A stretch of 64,000 bases of DNA from Candidatus Magasanikiibacteriota bacterium. Its GTDB lineage: Bacteria > Patescibacteriota > Patescibacteriia > Magasanikbacterales > UBA922. The DNA lies in NCBI GenBank assembly GCA_018650645.1, contig JABIFP010000005.1, positions 35,486 to 99,485 of the forward strand, in the 5' to 3' direction. A program made the position numbers and the translations under genes. Positions within the stretch are counted from its first letter, which is position 1, and each line of letters opens with the position of its first letter. The notes beneath the pieces were generated by a model. That model saw only the letters and a list, made by a program, of their open reading frames with translations, did not search any database and was not told where the DNA came from. Shown in pieces: positions 56,872-64,000 of this stretch.

Positions 56872-57816
56872 ATGAACAAGCAATTACCCAAAGCAATAGT
56901 AATTTGCGGGCCAACGGCCTCAGGGAAAACTGATTGGAGTTTACGACTAGCAGAAGCGCATAACGGAGAAATTATTTCTGCTGATTCGCGGCAGGTGTAT
57001 AAAAAAATGAATATTGGAACGGCCAAGACGATTGGAGATTGGCAGTGGAGAGCAAGCTGGCGCGGATTGCGTCGCTCTTACGTGGTGAAAGATATTATTC
57101 ACCATTTAGTCGATTTTTTGGATCCGGGAAAGCGGTTTACCATGGCAGAGTTTAGAGATAAAGCAACGAAATACGCAAAATTAGCACATAAGAATAAACG
57201 GCTCCCAATGATTGTTGGGGGAACGGGGCTATATATTTCTTCTGTAGTAGATAATTTGCACATTCCGCGGGTTCCTGCGAATAACAAACTCAGAAATAGT
57301 TTAGAAACGAAGAGTAATGAAGAATTGATGCAGCTTTTAGGTGCACTTGATCCAATTGCGGCTGAAACGATTGATCAAAAAAACAAACGCCGCATTGTAC
57401 GAGCGTTAGAGGTGTGTATTTTAACCGGCGTTCCGTTTTCTGAACAAAAAAAGAAAGGGGAACAGGTGTTTGATTTTTTGGTGATTGGTGTGAAAGTAGA
57501 TAAGGAAGTATTGTATGAGCGGATTGATCAGCGAGTAGATAAAATGGTAGAGCGAGGTCTTGTGCAAGAGATTGAAGGGCTTATGAAGCAGCGCTATAGC
57601 TGGAATTTACCAAGCATGAGTGGTATTGGATACAAACAGTTTAAGCTCTACTTTGAAGGAAGTGCATCATTAGAAGAGGCGGTAGAAGCACTGAAGCGCG
57701 ATACTCGAAGATATGCACGCAGGCAGCTCACATGGTTTAAAAGAGACAAACGCATTGTATGGTGTGAATCATTTGAAGAAGCTGAGGCCGCAGTGCAAGC
57801 ATTTACGAAAAAGTAA
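56872..57816 (+). CDS. miaA: tRNA dimethylallyltransferase
   Basis: GPTASGKT, SADSRQVY, GGTGLY, RALEV, YARRQLTWF. Confidence 0.96.
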   Translation: MNKQLPKAIVICGPTASGKTDWSLRLAEAHNGEIISADSRQVYKKMNIGTAKTIGDWQWRASWRGLRRSYVVKDIIHHLVDFLDPGKRFTMAEFRDKATKYAKLAHKNKRLPMIVGGTGLYISSVVDNLHIPRVPANNKLRNSLETKSNEELMQLLGALDPIAAETIDQKNKRRIVRALEVCILTGVPFSEQKKKGEQVFDFLVIGVKVDKEVLYERIDQRVDKMVERGLVQEIEGLMKQRYSWNLPSMSGIGYKQFKLYFEGSASLEEAVEALKRDTRRYARRQLTWFKRDKRIVWCESFEEAEAAVQAFTKK

Positions 57817-57872
57817 TTGAGTAGAAAAACAAAACATGATACGATACACGCATACTCATGCGTGTATTTTGT

Positions 57873-58433
57873 ATGCCTTTACCACTCTCACTTGGACAAT
57901 CCGGAGGCGCTTCTGTTGGCAGAGCGCAGAATTTTTCTACGTCAAAATTAATGCAGCATACACAAAGAGCACAGGCTACCACATCAATTGGAAGAGCAAT
58001 GAATCACACAATGAATAACAAACCAACCACATCGATTGCTCATCCAAGCGGGGCACCGGAAGGCGCGCAAACATCAGCACTCAGAAAAAAAGGAGATAAG
58101 CGTACAACATCATTAGGGCGCCCAGCAGAAGAAGCAAATGAAGAGAGAGAAAACAATCGATATGATTACATGATGCGCCAAAGAATGCGAAAAAAGCGTC
58201 ATGACAGGGCGGAAGCAAAACGCGGCTTTGGGAGAAAGCTTACCGGAGATGCGTCAAAAAAAAGCAAAAACTATATAAATAGAATGGTGGAGCGTCATGA
58301 AAAGAAACATGGACTTACTGTTGATGCCGATGCAAAGAAGATGATGAAGATGGAACTCAAGCGAGCCGGTAGAAGGGGAGACCTGAATACTAATGACCTT
58401 GGTGAAATGGAAAAAATGGTAGACAAATTATAA
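57873..58433 (+). CDS. Basic hypothetical protein
   Basis: ORF between the miaA hairpin and a convergent terminator; repeated TTS(I/L) motifs. Confidence 0.6.
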   Translation: MPLPLSLGQSGGASVGRAQNFSTSKLMQHTQRAQATTSIGRAMNHTMNNKPTTSIAHPSGAPEGAQTSALRKKGDKRTTSLGRPAEEANEERENNRYDYMMRQRMRKKRHDRAEAKRGFGRKLTGDASKKSKNYINRMVERHEKKHGLTVDADAKKMMKMELKRAGRRGDLNTNDLGEMEKMVDKL

Positions 58434-58461
58434 AAAGAACGCAGTTGCCTGCGTTCTTTTT
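58432..58461. terminator. Bidirectional terminator
   Basis: AAAAAGAACGCAG-N4-CTGCGTTCTTTTT. Confidence 0.75.
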
Positions 58462-58469
58462 GGTTATTG

Positions 58470-60005
58470 TTATGAGAGTTGTTTTTTGAGCAGCTCTTCA
58501 AGCATGTTAGGATCACCGGTTCCTTCGGTGGCCTTCATTGCCATGCCGATTAAGAACTTGATAATTCCTTCTTTTCCGTTTTTATATTGCGCTACTTGAT
58601 CTGGGTAGTTCAGTATTACTTCTTCAACAACGCGTTGTAGTGCCGCGCTATCTTGCACTTGCCCATATCCTTTTTCTTCCATGATATGCGATGGGTCAAT
58701 GTTGGTGCCAGCAGCCAGCATATCTGCCAGTAGCTTTTGCGCATTTGTTGAATTGATTTTGCTGGTGTAAATAAGCGCAATAAACTCAGCAAAATTTTCT
58801 GGAGAGATTTTCACCTCTTTAATTGAATCAACGTGACTCAGGAGTTTATTAATAATCCATCCGCTGGTTAATTTGGCAGCGCGAGTTTTATGCTGCTCAG
58901 CAATCTCATCAGACGCACCCTTTACTTCCGGAAGCGAGTGCAGCCATTCAACTAATTCTGACATGACCTGCTCTGTAAATGCACCAAGGGCTTTTGTTGC
59001 GCCAAGAATATGCGCATCAGCAAAAGAAAATCCGTATTCTTCATGAAATCGAGCTCGTTTTGCCTGTGGCAATTCTCCAAGTGAAAATGTTCCTGCAATT
59101 TCAGCTGGGTGAAATGGTGGAATGTCTGGTTCTGGGAAATATCTGTAGTCTGCAGAGTTTTCTTTTTCTCTTTGCATGACGGTTTCTCCTTTGTCTTCAT
59201 CCCATCCGCGTGTTTGTTGAATCCACGGCTGTTCGTCTTCAATCATTTGCGTTTGCCGAGCAATTTCAAAGGCAATTCCACGTTCAACCGCTTTAAAACT
59301 ATTCAAATTTTTTAATTCGACTTTATTATTGAGGGTAACGCCAGGTCGTGGCACCACAAGGCCGTCAACAATATCAAAGCTATCAGTTTCTTGGACAGAA
59401 ATATTGGCTTCGCAGCGCATTTGTCCTTTTTCCATATCAGCGTCAGACACTTCAAGGAAGCGGAGCATGGTACGGAGCTCCTGGCAGTATAATTTTGCCT
59501 CAGCTCCTGACTGAAAATCAGGTCCAGTCACAATTTCTACCAGTGGCACACCAGATCGATTAAAATCAACCAGTGTTGAGCCATCCGTATCATGCAGTAG
59601 CTTTGCCGTATCCTCCTCTAAATGCGCCCTGGTGATCGAAATAGGCGCTTCAGGACGATGATTGTCTGTGAGCGTCATATCGAGCGTCATGGCACCGTTT
59701 TCGGCTACAGGCTCGTCGTATTGAGAGATCTGGTATCCTTTTGGCAGATCTGGGTAGAAATAGTGCTTTCTATCGAATTTTGAGAGTTCTCTAATACTGC
59801 AACCGAGTGCCTTTCCTATGCGGACAGTCTCAATAATGGCTTCTTTATTGGCAAGCGGCAGGGTTCCTGGGTGACCTAAACAAATATCACAAATATGTGT
59901 ATTTGGTGACGCTGCCGTAGGATTATTTACGCAGCGGCAAAACATTTTTGAGTTTGTGCCGAGTTCCACATGGACTTCCATGCCGATAATTGCAGTATAT
60001 GCCAT
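58470..60005 (-). CDS. gatB: Asp/Glu-tRNA amidotransferase subunit B
   Basis: IGMEVHVEL, YFYPDLPKGYQISQ, HLEEDT, DYRYFPEPD. Confidence 0.97.
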   Translation of the reverse strand: MAYTAIIGMEVHVELGTNSKMFCRCVNNPTAASPNTHICDICLGHPGTLPLANKEAIIETVRIGKALGCSIRELSKFDRKHYFYPDLPKGYQISQYDEPVAENGAMTLDMTLTDNHRPEAPISITRAHLEEDTAKLLHDTDGSTLVDFNRSGVPLVEIVTGPDFQSGAEAKLYCQELRTMLRFLEVSDADMEKGQMRCEANISVQETDSFDIVDGLVVPRPGVTLNNKVELKNLNSFKAVERGIAFEIARQTQMIEDEQPWIQQTRGWDEDKGETVMQREKENSADYRYFPEPDIPPFHPAEIAGTFSLGELPQAKRARFHEEYGFSFADAHILGATKALGAFTEQVMSELVEWLHSLPEVKGASDEIAEQHKTRAAKLTSGWIINKLLSHVDSIKEVKISPENFAEFIALIYTSKINSTNAQKLLADMLAAGTNIDPSHIMEEKGYGQVQDSAALQRVVEEVILNYPDQVAQYKNGKEGIIKFLIGMAMKATEGTGDPNMLEELLKKQLS

Positions 60006-60087
60006 AAAGAGTTGTTATGAAGCCATTGTAACAAAGTGGCAAAAAAAAGCAACGCTATAGAGCGTTGCTTTTGATGTATGTAATGTA

Positions 60088-60816
60088 TTATTTTCGCTCT
60101 TGCAGATGCAAGTATAACAGGGTAAGAGCAGCAGAACTCAGCGGACTAATCAATAAAATCAGTAGTGCTGTCACAATATTGATACTCCATACAGCTGCTC
60201 CAATCGCGGCTGCTGCAATGCTTAACTCGGTAATAACTTTAATGAGCCAAATACCAAGTTTATCAATAAGGATCATTGGGGCCACAAAAGCCAAAGTTGG
60301 CGCTAAAATGAGCCAAAGGACTTCCCACCAGCGTCCATCAACTAATGATTTACTATATTTGAGAGATTCAACCACTTTTTTATTATCAAGCAAAATGGCA
60401 TGTGTTGTGAACGTGAGCCATACTGAGAAAATAATGGCAGGAACAACAAGGAGTAAGAATCCTCCACCAATAGCAAGACCGGTGAGGATTGATGCCAAGA
60501 TCACTGGCCACAAAAACTTTGCATTATATGTGAGGACTGTGCGAATAGGTTTTGCTGACCCTGCTTTTTTGATCGATGCTACCGCAGTAATCATTCCAAG
60601 AGAAATCCAGAGGCCAACCAAAGAGAATAGCGCTGCCAAGATGACAAACGGCAATCCTTTAATAAGTTGATCAAACGTGTCGACTGGTCCGATTAAAATA
60701 TCGGTAATAAGTGTGAGAATAGATACTCCGAGTAATGCTCCAATATATGGAACAAAGGCCTTTGCATTTTTTTTACAAAGATTCCAGGAATCTATAATAA
60801 TTTGCGATGCTGTCAT
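60088..60816 (-). CDS. Polytopic membrane protein
   Basis: GFLLLVVPAIIFSVW...SLKYSKSLVDGRWW. Confidence 0.75.
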   Translation of the reverse strand: MTASQIIIDSWNLCKKNAKAFVPYIGALLGVSILTLITDILIGPVDTFDQLIKGLPFVILAALFSLVGLWISLGMITAVASIKKAGSAKPIRTVLTYNAKFLWPVILASILTGLAIGGGFLLLVVPAIIFSVWLTFTTHAILLDNKKVVESLKYSKSLVDGRWWEVLWLILAPTLAFVAPMILIDKLGIWLIKVITELSIAAAAIGAAVWSINIVTALLILLISPLSSAALTLLYLHLQERK

Positions 60817-60875
60817 AAATATACAATAAAAACTACGAGGCAAGTATACCAAGGATGCTGCTTCTTGGGTAGGTG

Positions 60876-61469
60876 TTAGGAAGAAAGAAGCGTAGAAAGT
60901 CTGTTCCAAAGTTTATCGTGGATGTCGTCAATCGATTTGTTTGCATCAATTTCTTCCCAGCCATATTCTGCTGCAAGTTCATCATGCGTTTGTTTTACAA
61001 TGCGCATCAGTTCAGAATCTGTTTCAAATTTATGGTTTTGTTCTTGCGCTTCCATAAATCGATTTCCTACAAAATGAAATGCGATATCTTCTTTGCGGAG
61101 GTGACTGTTTGTTTCTTTTAAATACGATTGGTCTACGCCAGAACCTGTTCCCCAAGCGATTCCCGTTCCGGTATAATCTTCTGCAATAATATGTGTGCCT
61201 TCGGCAAGGTGCTTGTCTACGTCTGCCTGATACTGTGTTCTATTCAGAATGTAGAGGAGTTGCGCTTCTCTTGGCGAAAGCTTGTGTGGGTTGCCTTCTC
61301 TAAGATATGCATTCAGCTGTGGCCCGGAAGGCGCCAGATCATAAATAGGATACTTAATATACAGCGACGTTTCTCCTGCTTCGTTTAAGCGATCTACCAG
61401 TTTTTTTGCCTGCGTAGATTTTCCTAAGTTGTTAATGCCGTAGAAGACAATGAATTTTCCTTGTGCCAT
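60876..61469 (-). CDS. tmk: Thymidylate kinase
   Basis: FIVFYGINNLGKSTQ, KYP, variant EDY motif; located in the dTTP cluster. Confidence 0.82.
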   Translation of the reverse strand: MAQGKFIVFYGINNLGKSTQAKKLVDRLNEAGETSLYIKYPIYDLAPSGPQLNAYLREGNPHKLSPREAQLLYILNRTQYQADVDKHLAEGTHIIAEDYTGTGIAWGTGSGVDQSYLKETNSHLRKEDIAFHFVGNRFMEAQEQNHKFETDSELMRIVKQTHDELAAEYGWEEIDANKSIDDIHDKLWNRLSTLLSS

Positions 61470-61470
61470 A

Positions 61471-61884
61471 TTAATACAAGCCAATTATGTGTTTGAGAAC
61501 AGGAATATCATGTTCAATCCAAGTTCGTTCAAAAATCTGTGGGTCTGATAGATCAATCCATTCCATTGCTTGCCCTTCTTCTTGGAGAAGTTTTTTACTT
61601 GAGTCGAATTGTTCAACAAAAACATATTTTGTGACGTCTACTTGTTGCGACATTACTAGAAGTGGGGCAGTCAGTGTGTAATTCAATTCTTCCTGACATT
61701 CTCTCTTTACTGCTTCTTCTGGTGTCTCTCCTTCATCAATACCGCCGCCAAAAAATCCCCACTTTCCCGGAGATCGTTTTTGGTCCATTGATCTGTGTTG
61801 CACGAGTATCCGTTTTTTTTCGTCAAAAAGTAAAATAACGGCAACGCCAAATCGAATATTTTTTACGTCATCAAAGTCGCTCAT
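61471..61884 (-). CDS. NUDIX hydrolase (MutT-like)
   Basis: GGGIDEGETPEEAVKRECQEEL. Confidence 0.85.
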   Translation of the reverse strand: MSDFDDVKNIRFGVAVILLFDEKKRILVQHRSMDQKRSPGKWGFFGGGIDEGETPEEAVKRECQEELNYTLTAPLLVMSQQVDVTKYVFVEQFDSSKKLLQEEGQAMEWIDLSDPQIFERTWIEHDIPVLKHIIGLY

Positions 61885-62341
61885 AACTCGCAAATGAATA
61901 GTCTTCAAAATTTTCTCTAGCTGTCTCTTTCCACTCATCCCAGTTTACATCAGGAAAAAAGGTATCGCCATCTACATGTTTGTGAACATGCGTTACTTCT
62001 AGCTTGTCGGCAATGGGAAGCATCGCTTTGTAAATGCCGGCTCCTCCAAAACTGACAATTTCTTCATTTTTATGTGCCTCTATTGCCGCCTCTATAGAAT
62101 TGTAGACTTCTACACCCTTAGGAACATCATACGCTTCATTGCGGGTAATCACAATATTAGTACGATTTGGGAGAGGTCGGAATTTTTTTGGAATAGATTC
62201 CCAAGTGTTGCGACCCATGATGAGCACTTTACCAGTGGTAAATGCTTTTACGCGAGCCATGTCTTCTTTAATATGCCATGGCAGGCCGCCATCTTTTCCT
62301 ATACAGTTGTTTTCGCTCATTGCGACGATTAGTGAAATCAT
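61871..62341 (-). CDS. folA: Dihydrofolate reductase
   Basis: IGKDGGLPW, MGRNTWESI, PLPNR, GGAGIY, GDTFFP. Confidence 0.95.
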   Translation of the reverse strand: MISLIVAMSENNCIGKDGGLPWHIKEDMARVKAFTTGKVLIMGRNTWESIPKKFRPLPNRTNIVITRNEAYDVPKGVEVYNSIEAAIEAHKNEEIVSFGGAGIYKAMLPIADKLEVTHVHKHVDGDTFFPDVNWDEWKETARENFEDYSFASYERL

Positions 62342-62772
62342 AGAGTTCCAGTTGTTCCAAAGCCGCCACGGTTTTCATTATCCATTGAATCGACTTCGGT
62401 AAATGTTGCTTGCTCAATTTTGGTAAATACCGCTTGCGCAACGCGTTCTCCTTTTTTAATGAATTGCGATTCTTTTCCAAAGTTATATAAAAAGACAAAC
62501 AGTTCATCATCATCTCCACAGTAATCAGAATCAATAATGGCCACCGCATTTCTTTTGGTAAGGTTTCTTTTTGTTGCAGCACTAGATCTAATATACACTT
62601 TGAGTGCAAAATCTTTTGGAAAATCAATAACAAAGTTTGTTGGCAAAAGAAGTGACTCGCCTGCAGGAATTTCTGCATCAATCCTTGAATATAAATCAAA
62701 ACCAGCCGCGCCATCAGTTTTATATGCGGGCATTGGGAGGGAAGTGTCTATGCGTTTAACGCGTACCTGCAT
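62338..62772 (-). CDS. dut: dUTP diphosphatase
   Basis: AAGFDL, RSS, IDSDY, ERVAQ, RGGFGTTG. Confidence 0.94.
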   Translation of the reverse strand: MQVRVKRIDTSLPMPAYKTDGAAGFDLYSRIDAEIPAGESLLLPTNFVIDFPKDFALKVYIRSSAATKRNLTKRNAVAIIDSDYCGDDDELFVFLYNFGKESQFIKKGERVAQAVFTKIEQATFTEVDSMDNENRGGFGTTGTL

Positions 62773-63772
62773 ATGTTTCTACCAGTTGATCGATTTGCGC
62801 ATAGAGTGCAGCAAAGTCGCCATTATTATGAATGTGTTCTGTTGCTTGTTCACTAAGCTTGCTGATGTTGAGTTCTGTTCCTCGTTTACTATCTTCCAAA
62901 AAGTCTTCAAACGATTTATTATCGTCAACATTTTCTCCGCGAGAGATGAGTCGATTGTAGCGCACCTTGGTGTCAGCATCAATACTTACCAGAACAAATT
63001 CCCCGGCATCTTTAATATGTGCAAAGTCGCCCTCGCGTCTAATTCCTTCTACTACCATAATGGATTGATCGAGTTGCTCAATATCAGCGCGCATGGTTTT
63101 AGACAGAATATCTTCACCAAACTGTTCGCAGAGCGCGAGGCATAATTCTTGCAGGGATTTACGTTTGTGCGGCTCATGCAAGCGGTCTAACACGTCTCGC
63201 AAAATATTTGAACTCCTATACACGCCTGCTCCGTATCGGCTTTCTAAATATGCTGCCGCTGCTCCTTTTCCACTTCCAATGTGCCCAACAATACCAAAGA
63301 TAATCCGTTTTTTGGCTTCTTTTGTAAAGGTATTGTGTGCGTCTTCCATCAAATAAACGTCACGGATGCCTGCAGCAATCATTTGTTGCCAACACGGTTC
63401 GCAGCACCACCAGTGACCCCATAAATAGATGTCGGCACCCTCTGCATCATGTTCTTTTTTTGCAGCGTCTTTGAGTGCGGCTGGTTCTGAATGATTTTTT
63501 GGATGACACCCCTCGCATAAATCATAACCCTGCCCAGTAGGGATGCCGAGTTCTTTTCGTTTGCATCCGTGGTTGTCGTGATAATCACTTCCGTTTGCTC
63601 CCATGCCAATAATTTTACCATTCTTCACCATGATAGATGCATTTGGGTAATGCTTATCGAGTGAATGCGTTTCTGCATACGCCTTTGCCATGGTCATGAA
63701 CGGATCCGAAAGTGGCGTGAACTTGAATGCACGGCCTTTTGGGATGTAGGGGTAGGCAATGTTAGCGAGCAT
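62756..63772 (-). CDS. Fusion of a dCMP-deaminase-like domain and a P-loop NMP/dephospho-CoA-kinase-like domain
   Basis: HSE...WWCCEPC Zn motif, then GHIGSGKG, VEGIR, RYNR. Confidence 0.8.
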   Translation of the reverse strand: MLANIAYPYIPKGRAFKFTPLSDPFMTMAKAYAETHSLDKHYPNASIMVKNGKIIGMGANGSDYHDNHGCKRKELGIPTGQGYDLCEGCHPKNHSEPAALKDAAKKEHDAEGADIYLWGHWWCCEPCWQQMIAAGIRDVYLMEDAHNTFTKEAKKRIIFGIVGHIGSGKGAAAAYLESRYGAGVYRSSNILRDVLDRLHEPHKRKSLQELCLALCEQFGEDILSKTMRADIEQLDQSIMVVEGIRREGDFAHIKDAGEFVLVSIDADTKVRYNRLISRGENVDDNKSFEDFLEDSKRGTELNISKLSEQATEHIHNNGDFAALYAQIDQLVETYAGTR

Positions 63773-63783
63773 GAAAATTCTAT

Positions 63784-64000
63784 TTATTTGGTGAACTTTT
63801 CGTGTGCATCTTCTAGCAGATATACTTGTTTAATGCCAGCCTTTTTCATTTCATTCCAGCACGGTTCGCAGCACCACCAGTGACCGTGTAAGTAGAGGTC
63901 GGCACCTGCCATTGCTTTGCCTGCTTCTGTTGTGGCGCGGATTGCGGTTGGTTCAGAATGGTTTTTTGGATGACACCCTTCGCAAAGTTCATATCCTTCT
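63784..64000 (-). CDS. Second deaminase paralog, 3' part only; absent from the ORF track
   Basis: Manual translation: EGYELCEGCHPKNHSEPTA...LYLHGHWWCCEPCWNEM...KFTK*. Confidence 0.85.
   Translation of the reverse strand, partial: EGYELCEGCHPKNHSEPTAIRATTEAGKAMAGADLYLHGHWWCCEPCWNEMKKAGIKQVYLLEDAHEKFTK

Noticed and set aside
1-64000. Alternative genetic code (UGA=Gly, as in Gracilibacteria/Absconditabacteria)
   Set aside because: Conserved genes translate full-length under code 11 with no internal TGA breaks

Overview
Chromosomal window from a small-genome bacterium, read with standard code 11. Gene content points to Patescibacteria/CPR, Parcubacteria-like. This taxonomy is inferred from the T4SS-pilin array, the baseplate-J-like gene, the REP-like repeat and many starts lacking a Shine-Dalgarno (SD) motif. 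Housekeeping genes include tRNA-His, tRNA-Leu, rpsF-ssb-rpsR, galU, tkt, ruvB, nrdAB with NrdR boxes, T-box-controlled thrS, miaA, gatB and a dTTP-synthesis cluster. The main accessory blocks are: (1) a chemosensory operon (RR-HK-MCP-cheW-cheC-like-cheY-cheB-cheA-cheC-cheD) next to tRNA-His, with no cheR and no flagellar genes in the window; (2) an ECF sigma/anti-sigma/target module whose two promoters share TGAAAG-N16-CGTA; (3) an 8.6-kb array of 12 TrbC/VirB2-like pilin genes, six with variable Cys-rich heads, plus an embedded solute-binding lipoprotein; (4) a WxL-like surface operon; (5) four GC-rich islets of orphan genes, most with their own promoter and SD. Products were assigned by eye from motifs; no database search was run.
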